This document shows, piece after piece, positions 38,674-50,165 of a stretch of DNA of 64,000 nt (the stretch's first letter is position 1; each line of letters opens with the position of its first letter). This DNA comes from Parasitella parasitica NRRL 2501. Its lineage: Eukaryota; Fungi; Mucoromycota. The position numbers and the translations under genes are program-made. The DNA is taken from assembly GCA_025201805.1 (NCBI GenBank), contig MU619308.1, forward strand, positions 1 through 64,000, given 5' to 3'. The notes under the pieces were generated by a model that saw only the letters and a list, made by a program, of their open reading frames with translations, had not been told where the DNA came from and made no database searches.

Positions 38674-38990
38674 CAAGATGCTTGAGTCCTGTAGTTCTTT
38701 TAGAATGACCGTCCGAGATAATTCTCCATTGCAGCTTGACGCTTCGTCCGTCTTGTTCATGGCGAACGTTCTTGATTGTGCAAGAGATGCTTGAGGCCTG
38801 TAGTTCTTTTAGAATGACCGTCCAAGATAATTTTCCATTGCAGCTTGACGCTTCGTCCGTCTTGTTCATGGCGAACGTTCTTGATTGTGCAAGAGATGCT
38901 TGAGGCCTGTAGTTCTTTTAGAATGACCGTCCAAGATAATTTTCCATTGCAGCTTGACGCTTCGTCCGTCTTGTTCATGGCGAACGTTCT
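38674..38990. repeat. Tandem repeat, 109-bp unit, about 2.9 copies
   Basis: Units start near 38674, 38781 and 38890. Copies 2 and 3 are identical and copy 1 differs at 3 internal positions. The ORF track shows the duplicated peptide. Confidence 0.95.
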
Positions 38991-39514
38991 CTTGCCGACT
39001 TTACATTGCTACATGGTAAAATAAAATAAAATCATTCAAGATTCTCACTATTTTTTATTTCTTTTTTTCTGTTGTAGCGCATGTTATGTTTGTTCTACCA
39101 TGAGAAATCAAATTAATCTGTGTGTGCTTTGGCTGCGTTTATTTTATGGACATGGGAATATAGTCTAGCAAGGTAATATTTTTAGTAAATAATGATTGCC
39201 ACAACAAAAATGTTAATCAATGAACATATTTGTCATAAGAGAGAGGACGATACGCTATCAAATTCCTATTTAATTATTATTATTCCCCCCATGTTACCTC
39301 GCTTAATAACCTATAATTTATATTCGACCGTATCCTCGCCAATAAATGTATAATATTTATTTCAAACTGTATACTACCTGATTTATCTTAATAAAGGTCA
39401 CCTTTAACTCTTGTTCAATTTGTATTAACTTTTGTACTTTCATCGGTGCTGTCTCCAGTCTGAAAATGCTGGTCCATAAGCATCTTGGGTTGAATGAATT
39501 GGCTGCTGACAAGC

Positions 39515-39745
39515 TCAGACACAGGCACGAGTCTTGAGGGATCCTCGGCTGTGAGAATATTTTGGTTGTGTATATAGCTCGTCACCAAAATGCAAGATGT
39601 CTTCAAGTTGCTTATCATCTTTGTGATTTGTTATTACGGCTGCTACTGCCGCTATTGGTGTAGCTTGCGATGCAGCATAAGCAGACATTAGTCCAAGTGA
39701 TATTATAATGAATAGAGGGAAGAAAGGCAATAGCCACAGCCGCAT
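39515..39745 (-). CDS. Candidate 76-aa small secreted or membrane peptide
   Basis: ATG start and signal-peptide-like MRLWLLPFFPLFIIISLGLMSAYA. Divergent from BET5 at about 310 bp. No recognisable family. Confidence 0.4.
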   Translation of the reverse strand: MRLWLLPFFPLFIIISLGLMSAYAASQATPIAAVAAVITNHKDDKQLEDILHFGDELYTQPKYSHSRGSLKTRACV

Positions 39746-40054
39746 CTCAACCCAGTATTACATAGCAAACGGAACATCAAAGTCCTGATGTAAAACAATT
39801 GTTATCACAGTAGCTAAAATAAATAAATAATTCCTTCTTATATAGGGATAGCAGACCAATGCCTTGCAAGATATAAAAAAATCTATCTCTATGGTCACCT
39901 TTATCAAGGGAATCAACCATGTATACATGAACTCCTAGCTGTTGCGTATACTGATATTTGGACGCCGAAGAAATGGAGATGCGGGAACACTCCCTTTAAT
40001 ACACGCTCAGAGCGATCCTGTATATAAACTCTTGCCTCTTTTCTAGTATCCAGA

Positions 40055-40907
40055 ATGACCATTCATAATCTTTATATCTTTGATCGCCATTGTCAGTGCA
40101 TTTATTTTCAAAAGTGGAGCCATAGCAACAAGTCCAACAACGCCAACACCAATCTGACTTTGTCTAATAATGCTAGTAATAACAACAGCCAGCTTGGAAA
40201 CTCTGGTAGTCGTTTGGGCGGTTTAGCAACATCCTCTTCACGCTTCTCAAACTCGAGTGCTGCATCTTCAAACGCTGCAGAAGGCTCGTCTAGTTTGGTG
40301 CGTAGTGGCGAAGATACGACAAGCCAGCTTCAAACAACTGGCATCACACAGCAAAGTGGTTTGGCTGCAGGAAGCGTTATATCCATCGAGGAAGAAGCCA
40401 AGCTTGTCTACGGCGTCGTATTATCTCTGCGTAACTTTGTTCGCAAACTGAGCGGGAGGTAAGTGTTCTCTATCATCCCAAGTTGGCTTCTGTGTCTTTA
40501 AACTGTCTATTTGCATCTATAAAATGATGTATAGCCAAGATGGATTCATTTCGTACAAAACCTCGACATATCGTTTGCACTACTACGAAACACCTACCGG
40601 TCTTAAATTCATCATGAATTCTGACCCTAATACAGAGAGCCTGCGAATGGTCCTTAAACAAATTCATGTTCAACTGTACGTGGAGTTTGTTGTAAAGAAT
40701 GGATTAATGCGATTTGATGATACCCGCTGGGAAATAAGCCAGGGATTCTTGCAAAGCTCTCAACCAACAGCACAGGACGATAACAATACAACCACAACTG
40801 CTACAACATCCAGCGCGTTGCCCCCACCCCCACCAGGAAACATCTCGAATGAGCTATTTAGAATCGCTGTAGACAGATTTATTCGTAGCCTCAAGTCTTT
40901 TGAATAA
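40055..40907 (+). CDS. BET5: TRAPP complex subunit Bet5/TRAPPC1, 2 exons
   Basis: MTIHNLYIFDRHCQCIYFQKW; EEEAKLVYGVVLSLRNFVRKL; FISYKTSTYRLHYYETPTGLKFIMNSDP; LYVEFVVKN; ISNELF. Confidence 0.93.
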
Positions 40908-41044
40908 ACAAAGCGATGTACTAGTAGCAGAATATTAACAAGAGTGTGAGTATAGGGGAACATTATGTACTTTTTTTTTGTAGTCATCGGGGAGGGGGAG
41001 TAATTAGACTGTATAAGCAAATATAGTGGGTATATGATAAAGGG

Positions 41045-42713
41045 TTACTTTTTTTGAGTATGAGAGAGTATGAAATCGTTGTTATGAAATTCGAGGTGTT
41101 CAAGGAGTTTTCTCTCATAAGTCTCATCTAATAGTTGCATTCTCTCTTCAACAATTTCGTCATCCTCCTCCAGATTTTGGTTTTGGTCTTGGTCATCATC
41201 GTCTTCTTCATCGAGAGCGTCAATGCGACTATGCGATTGAAAGAAAGCATCATCAAATAAATGCTGTTTTCTATCGTCTTGAACTATATACTGGCCCTCC
41301 AATTCGTCTTGTTTGTCGAATGGTTTTAGCATGTCATCGTCAGAGCTGCTGCCCTCATCCTGATCATCAGAACTATCATGGTCAGAGTCAGACCCAATAA
41401 TCCTCTCCTCTTCCTCGGTCTCTTTTCCTTTAAGCTCCTCTTTGTCTATGCTGTTTTGCCATGCCATTCTTCTTTTCTTGGCCAAGAAGCTCGCAGATCT
41501 GTATTCCGAAAATGTTTTGCGAAGTCTGCTTTCTCTATTGAGCATAGACATTATATCCATGTCCCGTAATCGAACATCCTTCTCATTGTGTAAATTTTTC
41601 CAAGTCAACTTTCGCTTTGCAATGATGTGATTCATCATGGATCGAGACACTGTTTTATCAGGGCTATCCAACAATTCGGTGTACGCGCCAGTGAGAATAT
41701 CCTTGATAAATCTCTTCAAGAGCTCATAGTATTGAACAAGTGCACTTGACAATACAGTCATGTCGTTGATGCCACCAAATCTAATATATCACACAAGCTA
41801 TCAATAACCGTCCTGTGTGCTGATCTTTAAACACGCACCACACTTACATCCGAGCGAGAGAAGAGAAATTCCAGATTTCAAACAAGCCCAATGCCTTTTG
41901 TGCGACTTCTTGGTTCATCAGCTCTTGGTGTTTTGCATAGGTCTCTGTCTCTAATCTCGCTTCCAATATTGCTGCCATTCTGCTTTCTTGCATCAAAAAC
42001 ACACTCGACATTTCCCTTGCAGAATAAGACTCGTCTGACACATTCCCTCCAATCGCTTTAGCCGCACCATCCAGCAGGTTCAAATAGGCGCCCACTTCTG
42101 CAACAGTCTTTGTAGGACCCAAACGTCGACTGATCTCCGCAACATCTCCTCGGCTACATCGTTCGACAGCCATGAAAAATCTCCTCTTCTCGGCTGGAGT
42201 CCAGCAGCTTCTACCCACAACTGTCATGGCATCGTCTCGATCTACTGGCCCATTCATCATCTCATCCTCTTGCATTGCCCAAAACAGATAGTATTTGCGC
42301 AAATCTTTGGGCAGCGACTTGATGCCTGTGGGCGATCCAACAGACGAAAATTGACGATAGCGATGCTGCAACATGGAGGTTATAGTGTGGCCATTTGCAA
42401 TCATGGGATGCTGATCAAATGTGGGCAGCTTAAACTTGGTATCGTCGACTCGTGCTTGCTCTTGCGCAGCCACTTCTTGCAGATTTTTGAAGATTTTTGC
42501 TGTGTGAATCGATTTGCGATCATCCTCTTTACGCTTGCGAGCAACGGGGCGTCTGTAAACAGTGGTGAGATCATGATACTCGTCAATCAGGCCATTGTAA
42601 GACTCGGATGAGCCGTTGTTCCAAATGTTGTTGAGACCATCCACAAGCTGGAAACTGCTCAGACCGTTAGAATCATCTTCTGCTTCTTCTCTTGACCGCT
42701 TTCTACCGGTCAT
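41045..42713 (-). CDS. RRN5: RNA polymerase I UAF subunit Rrn5-like (SANT/Myb domain)
   Basis: SANT-like SCWTPAEKRRFFMAVERCSRGDVAEISRRLGPTKTVAEVGAYLNLL followed by SAREMS, a histone-fold-like segment and an acidic C-terminus. Start taken as MTGRKR. Confidence 0.7.
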
Positions 42714-42766
42714 TGCTGATATCAAGTGGATGGTATATGGGTTGATGAAAGTCGAAAAGCAAAAAA

Positions 42767-42776
42767 NNNNNNNNNN
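42767..42776. other. Assembly gap within a poly(A) tract
   Basis: 10 N characters. Confidence 0.99.
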
Positions 42777-42815
<39 letters not shown>

Positions 42816-42957
42816 CTGCCTATTTTCTGTCAAAAGTCACCAAGAGCTGTCAACAATCCAACCAACTGTAGAGGCACACTCTTTTGATCCTTGTTTCTAT
42901 GGATACCAACGCATTTAAGAAATAGAGTTTATGCACTGATAAATAGGTTTATTACAA

Positions 42958-45300
42958 TTAGTTATTCGGTTGAGGCATCATGAAACCGCCAATTTTTGAT
43001 TGCAAGCGATGAAGATGGCCTTCGTCGCCTTGTTCTCGGCGTTGGTCCATACCGCCAGAGAAGGGCTGTTGGTGATACGGCTGCTGTTGTCGCAGCAAAT
43101 CAGCCAACACTTTTCGTTTGTCCTGCTGGGACATGTGATAGCCTGCTTGGCCAAACACCAGCTTGGGAACGTCAATAAGATAGCCCATTGTGCCCTTGAT
43201 ACCGACCTCTTTTTCGGCCTGGAGCCAGAAATTGATCTTTCCGGTCTGTTCATCATAATAGCCAGCGCAATAGTTTCGCATGCCCATCAATTTCTTGTTT
43301 TGCCGTGTGTTTCCGTTGGGCGATCGCTTAAAGAGGTTGTACATGCGCTCTTCTGTATTGCCATTAAATGTAATGAAGCCAGAATTCTGGTTCAAGACAG
43401 TCAGAAGCGCCTGTGGAGGTGGCACATTGACGATTGCACTCGAGATGATCTGCACCATGAAAAAAGGGTCGCCCTCTTCCTTTTCCTTCATGTCCTTTGA
43501 ATACAATTTTCCGGTGCCACAGCAGTGGACATCACCGCCCAGGAAGGACACACGAACGGATCTTTCACGTGCATATTGCTGCAGTCTTTCAATAAAGTTC
43601 TTTCTCTCCAGCTCATGATTACCAGCCGTCCAATCTAAATACACACAGTAAATCAGTAATGGTTTTTTTTTGTAGCATCTAGCCTTCAGTTTCAACTTTA
43701 CGGTCATTCATATCATCGAGCAGCTCAGGGTCGCCGTTCCATTTGTTCAATTGTCCACCGATAATGTCGCCCAAAGCACCTGTTTTGCCAGCAATCGTGG
43801 CTAAATTGAACCCTGCAGCGCCGTCCATCAAATTCTCAAAGAGTGTGAGACGAGGATAAATAAGTGGCACACCAGTAAGCACGAGTAAATGTTTCACGGT
43901 TGGCGGAATCATTGTTTGCAAAGCATCAAAAATGATGTCGTATGTCTTGGGCTTGCAAACCTCATGCTTTGTACGCTCGCCTCTGCAATCGAGTGAAAGG
44001 AACCCAATGTCAGGGCCCAGAGTTGAAACCAAATTCTGACATGTAGGCAAGGATCCCTGAATCATGCCATGCTGGCGTGCTAATTCCACCGTGGTGTGCT
44101 GCTGAAATAAAAAGTAAAATCTGCAGGCATTTGCAAACAAGACTAGAATGCGTTGCATTAGACGGCATTATATACTTTCTAAATCGCTCGCTCGCTCATA
44201 CCTTGGAAACACTCTGCTCGTTGCATTTCTGGAGGGTAAGATCCATAACCGTCAATGATGTCCTTTTTGCACTACATTAGTCTTAAATTTGATTGTGCTG
44301 CAATTTATATCTTACGTGGTCATCCCACATATTCATTGAAGGTATGGTGGCAAAAGCTTTTGCAACAACTGGATTTCCCTTGAATCTACAGAAAAAGTGA
44401 GCATGTTAGTTTATCATATCATGGTGGATACCAAAAAAACAAGTGTTGTACAAACCCGAAATTTATTACATAGTTGTTGAAATAAAACTCTTCAAAGCCT
44501 TGCTTCATATTATCACTTAGATTCATGGCCAATCTCTTTGCAGGGTCTTTCTCATCAACCCAAGGCTTCATGAAGTCTTCCTTGATCAAGCGATCTTGAT
44601 ACAACTGATCTCCACCACCAAGCAAAACGTGGAAAGGCAGCACCTCATGACGGTCCAATACATCGGCCCAGAGAGGAGCCTCTTTCTCCCCAAATTTATC
44701 CTTGATTTCTTGAGGTACATCAGAGAACCCGTTACAGGAATAAAACATAAACCGCATGGATTCAAAATAAGCGGGCAAATGCATTTGGAATGAGGGTTGG
44801 GCCCAGTTGTTATGAGGCGTAGAATAGGTGGCAACTTGTGCTTGATCTGTAAGTGGTAAGCGAACCTCGTAGCGCCAGAAATGATACTTTCTGCGGTACG
44901 TATCAAGTCTTTCTGCTTTAGGATTTATAGTAGTGGTGCGTTGAGTAGCAGGTTCAGTCAGTTGAATTTCGATGGGTGGAGCATACTGGTCGCTCGAGAC
45001 AACCAAGATAGACCCACGCCATTGGCGGGTGGTGTAGTTTATATCAATGTAACGAAGCAAAGGTCCACAAACAACTTCACCGGGAGCGCCGCCTTCTTGT
45101 TGACGACTTCTTCCAGGCATATGCAAATGAGATTGAAGATCGTTCCAGCGTTCACCCATACCAATATTAAGCTGATTAAAACTTTCATTGAGACCACCAA
45201 AGCGATGATATTCTTGTTGTTGCTGTTGCTGTTGTGGAGGTGGCTGACCGTAGCCATGGTAACCTTGAGGTGGTGCTTGGTTACTGTAGTTATTGTGCAT
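42958..45300 (-). CDS. PhoD-like metallophosphoesterase domain protein
   Basis: CGPLLRY; FYSCNGFS; HVLLGGGDQLYQD; WDDHDIIDGYGSY; DCRGERT; ELLDDMNDHW; FLGGDVHCC; QIISSAIVNVPPP. Confidence 0.88.
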
Positions 45301-46694
45301 TATAAATAATCTTGAGAAAAAAGAAATCAAGAAAAGTGAAAGAATGAAAGAAAAAAGGAATAATGTAATACGTGGGTGCCCGTTTGGCTTTTTTTGTTCT
45401 CTTCTTAGCGCCCATTTTCTGTATGTGCTGTGCGACTTATGATCCAGCAAATGAAAAGGGTACAACCCTAGCGAGGTTGCACCTTGTAGCCTCCGCTTTT
45501 AAGTCAAGCCCAAAACAATAGGTAACGTATGTGTTTTATTTAACTTACCAGCCACATCATATGAGGGCCACTCAATTTGCCCATTGTCTATGAAGCACGT
45601 AAGATCAATTAAATAACGCTATTCATAACAGTCGGTGTGTGTATGTGTGTAGTAATTTACGTTAATGAATACTTTGGGATTTCATACAATATGCAGCTTC
45701 AATGCATGAAGGGTGGTGCATTGGGCAAAGCAAAACATCATAAATATTAAATTACAAATACTGGTTTATCGACAAAATAAGATGAAATATACTAGTACGT
45801 ATGGCAAGTGGACTACATCGATCATAAATAACAAAGAAACTGATGCTGTATACTGCTTAACGAGCTGTTGACTAGAATGCGATGTATTATTAAATGTAGA
45901 ATATAAAATTGGGCAATTTTACTTTTTTCGCTAAGCATACAGTAAATATATATTCACGCTGCATTTAGGGGCTACAGCCACTGAGGAGAAAAATGAGAAT
46001 AAGATAAATAAAATAAATGTCTTCTTCATATTAATATCAATAAAGCGAGCCAAGGGAAGTGATGTGAGAATGACGGTTCATTGATGAGATCCGGTAGATA
46101 GGGAAGATTATTGTTTTCATCCCCATCTCATGTTAATGTTCAACTTCATAGTGATAATACATTTATTTTTTTACAATCTCATTCTTTACTCTTTGATATG
46201 AATTTGTAATATATTGACATCCAGTTTCAAGGATTGATACATCAACCACCACTCGTTCCCTGTGCAAACTCCAACATATGCAAAATTCAGGAATCCTTCA
46301 GAATGAAGTAACTTCTTGAACAAATCAGTTTTATATTGATATTATCATTCATTATCCTCTTAGATTTGAGTACATCACAAACAGCCACTACTAAATTACA
46401 AATTGGTTCCCGGATGTATCCTCAATTTAAGAGAATAAATATATGAGGATTCCAATTCTTATAATAATAGCAGGATGATTTTTCTCTCGACAAAATTGAA
46501 GAACACTTTTATCATAAAGAAATCCCAACAGCTTGAATATAATAGTAAGAATTCAAAGCTTATTTTTTATTTCGTAAACTCTCCCGAACGGATTGTTCCT
46601 GTATCAGAGGAAAAGCAAGGGCATTTTGCCTACTTCTTTAATGTTGCCGTAGCTAGAGATATTCTGTAACTGCCGTTTATCGACTAGATGGCGT

Positions 46695-46811
46695 TGTTAT
46701 TTCAAAAGTCTAATAAAATAAATCTGCAAAAGAATTACTTCTTAGTTCATAATACATCTTTCGATGTGTTATAAACACATTCATTACACTAGGGTTACTG
46801 TTTAACTGCAT
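46695..46811 (+). mobile_element. Truncated copy of solo LTR family 1 (no nested LTR2)
   Basis: tgttatttcaaaagtctaataaaataaatctgc...cacattcattacactagggtt matches 2340-2407 joined to 2877-2927. Confidence 0.85.
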
Positions 46812-47263
46812 TGTTGAGATCCGCAAGATCAAAAATAAGAAAAATATAAATAGAACGTTGCATTAACGAGATACAAAAACTTCGGACATTTTATTAAAGA
46901 TTCAACTTTGCATCTGCTATTTATTATTTAAAATATTAATCGATAAGATTAATTTGCAACATCATCCTTAACAAGATACAATGTATTATCACACTACAAG
47001 GCTATTCACCTTTAATCTGACAGTACCTTACTGTTTCTCAATCATATAGACCTCTGTTACAGATAACCTTCTTGATTTGAAACAAAGGCTATATTCACCT
47101 GTTTACACAAGCTTATTATATCACATATTTGGACAATCTTCAATCTTCAATTGAAATACATTGCCATGATCTCCTGTCTATAATTATGGTAGATCAATTG
47201 CTCTGGTCCTGTTTTCTAAAAGCCTTTATACAATTACATTTGGAATTGTGATCAGATTCAACA
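46812..47263. mobile_element. LTR-like family 3, copy 2 (452 bp, TGTTG...CAACA)
   Basis: Perfect 5-bp inverted termini and collinear with 4075-4500. Adjacent CCCCC would be a short G-run/PPT-like tract on the minus strand. No TSD. Confidence 0.7.
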
Positions 47264-47494
47264 ACCCCCAATTAGTAGGCAAAAACCGACGGATTTACTA
47301 CTTACATTTCGGATAATACAATTGAAATGTTGTTTACCGTGAAATGAAGTACGAAGCCCATATTTTCATTTTCTATTGGTAAATACATCCAACATACCAA
47401 CACCTATTTATTTTTTGAGATATCAAGCAATGACAGTTTGGGATGCTTCTGAGCTTGAATTTACCACTGCGAATAAAGGCCTTTAACAATGAAG

Positions 47495-49715
47495 CACCTA
47501 CTTCAATTGAGGAGCAAAACATGAGCTTCGTTAAAAAATTTGGCTATGTCTTGATATGAATCAATAGCTGAGATGCTGTAAAATATGACTTAAAAAGCTA
47601 TTTTTATGTAGCTTTACGTTTTGTTCAGAATAAATGCCGCCTAATCATGACCATCACCTTTTCCCCCGCTTAAAAGCATAATCTACAATCTCTGATATCT
47701 TTACAAACTATTAAGCGATAGAGACACAACTTTCAGCCAAAATCTTCTTTTTTTGCACCATTCTACAGCATATCCGAGTTTCATGCACCTCTGACCATTT
47801 TTCAGATTTTGCTATGTTTGGACCCCAAACCTCATATTCCATTTTCAGTTTTCAACTTCGGGTCAACCTTCAGGGTCATTTTTAGGTACGGATTCGGGGT
47901 CCAAGCCAAGTATACATTCAAGTACTGGTATGATAACTGTATCTCACTACGTCTTCCGATTCTCGATATCTATCTTTGCTGTCAAGATATTCCCAAAACC
48001 AAATTTTGCAGATTTTCCAATTTTTACAGCATATGGTCCTAAAACAAGTGCAAAATTTTGAAATTAAATCATGTTCAAGTTCCTAAGCAAAGTAATAAAG
48101 CACGTTTTGGTACATCGATTGGTAATAAACATGTTGTATTCAAGCTCGAATTCGACAAGATTGGGCCAATTTTGCGTTTTTACGTTAAACTTTATCCGCC
48201 TGTTTCTCAAAAAGCTACTATAGCACTTGGTCTTGAGTGATTATTAAAATCTTTTTGAAACTTGATTTTCTACTAGATGTATTAATTTTTAGATAGATAT
48301 GTCGAAAAAAATATTTTTTCATATGTTTTTAGCAGAGGCTTAATTTATTTTCATAACTTTCAGAGCAATAAATGGTATATGAAGATACATGATATAGCAA
48401 TAATAAAATAAAGCTAAAAAATAGCTACGGGATGGTTTTTGTTTGGTCAAGAAATACCAAATTTGCAGCGAGAAAATCTCGGAAAACGGAATTGATTTTT
48501 ACCCTTTTGAATGGCTTCATTTTGGCCCTCTAGACATAGGGCCGGAAAATCGTAGATTCATTTTGGTGGAGACAAGATATTAATTTTTGGCAGAAGTAAT
48601 AAAGCTACAGTTGTGAAAAAAATATTGATGTGTAGGTATTGACACGATGATTTGTTTGGTCAACTTTATAGAACTGAATGTGCTCAAAATATGCTTGATT
48701 TTACTCAAAAACTATCAAAAAGGGCGTTTTTTGAATATTTGAAAATTGGCAATTAGAAAAAGTGGTTCAATAGCCTTGTAATTTATATGGTTAGACGCAG
48801 GATCCATATATTATTATAAAACACTTATTACGCATATCCGATATACCTAGTGCGTTTTAGAGATATCTAGCAATGAACTATGCGAAAAAAGCTCAAAACT
48901 GGTTTGGGGTCAAATGGAAACACAGTGCTGAGATTCAATCTACAGCCTTTTTTTTTTTCTCTGTAAAAATGAGGGCACCGCCTATTTTCAATTCAGGAGC
49001 AAAGCATGATTTTATAAGGTAACGTGGGCATGTCTCTATATGAATGAATAGCTGAGACTCGGGTTAATATGGGCTTAAAGCTCATCTTTATATACCTTCA
49101 TTTTTGAATGAAATAAATACCATCAAATCTGAAATATTTCCCGTTTCCCCGCTTAAAGGTATAATTTGCAATGACTGATACCTTTAAGCATTAACAATGA
49201 AGATCATCTTCTTCAGTCAAACCCTACATATATTCTGCTCTACTCTACAGCGCATCTAAGTTTTATGCATCTCTGGCAATTATTTGAATTTAGCCAGTTT
49301 GCGATCCCAAACCTCATAATCGATTTTCAGTTTTCAACTTTGGGACAATCAATCAGGGTCATTTTTATGTACAAAAATTGGGCCCCAAGCACTGACAAAT
49401 TTTAATGCTGCCACTATAAAAAAAAGTGAACCTCAATACGTCTCCTTATTTCCCGTATCTGTCGCTTGTCGACACATATAAGTTAAACATCGCTGATTTT
49501 ACAGCATGTGGGGCCTATAGCCATTATTTAATACTACAAAGAAAACAAAACAAAGTTTCCTAGTATATTTGTAACACACTTATTTTTTGGCCTACAAGTA
49601 TCTAACATGTGGTTGTCAAGGGTGAATTCCCTGAACCAAGGCCAATTTCCTTGAATTACACTAAAATTTGCCGGCTTACTTTTCAACGAATCATAACAAT
49701 AACTTGACTAGAGTA
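47495..49715 (+). repeat. Repeat family X: two diverged units of about 740 bp, about 1484 bp apart, with scrambled and inverted motifs between them
   Basis: 47495-48240 and 48976-49715 share ggagcaaa.catga, aatagctgaga, cccgcttaaa, cccaaacctcata, ttttcagttttcaactt, cagggtcattttta, ttttacagcat and gaattc. Inverted gtttggggtc at 48902. Confidence 0.8.
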
Positions 49716-50165
49716 AGGGTTAGTTTATATTCTGATTTTTGGCAGAAATACTTGAGCCACCGGTATGGGTATCATACCAGCATTCAGGTGTGATGTGACA
49801 AAAAGATTTATTGATTTCCTGAGTTTACATCTGTTCAAACTGTGGTGGTTATGCTTAAAAAAAAAAAAAGATCAAAAAATTGAATATTGAACAATGAAAA
49901 TTGTTGGTATAAGAGGATGCTTGCATAGCCTCATAACATATACAATTGAATGATAAAAAATACATGTGTTCAAGTAAACAACAAGTACATTTATATGTAT
50001 TCAGGGCATTATATCAATTTTTACTTCTTTTTAGTTTCAACGTCTATTTTATGTACCAACTCTTTTTTAATGTCTTAATGTATTATTTATTAATATTTTT
50101 TAGAAAAAAAAAATAGTGATGCATTATAATAATGATGGGAAAATAAGTAAATGTAATTTGAATAT

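Noticed and set aside
38674-38990. CRISPR-like array
   Set aside because: The 109-bp units are contiguous with no unique spacers, there are no cas genes, and the context is eukaryotic.
41844-42833. N-terminal poly-Phe extension of the Rrn5-like ORF, and the upstream extensions of the PhoD, LSB6 and RPP1 ORFs
   Set aside because: These are read-through of poly(T) tracts, the assembly gap or 5'UTR/intron sequence. Downstream ATGs (42713, 45300, 58476, 7443) fit the families better.
46600-46690. ARDIL*LP as a hAT dimerisation-domain remnant
   Set aside because: Only about 6 residues match, and there is no upstream WW or downstream SER motif. Not supportable without a search.
47495-49715. Repeat X as a centromere core
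   Set aside because: There is no flanking LINE array, and I cannot verify the Mucor centromere motif from sequence alone. A dispersed copy at 3.6 kb fits a mobile element better.
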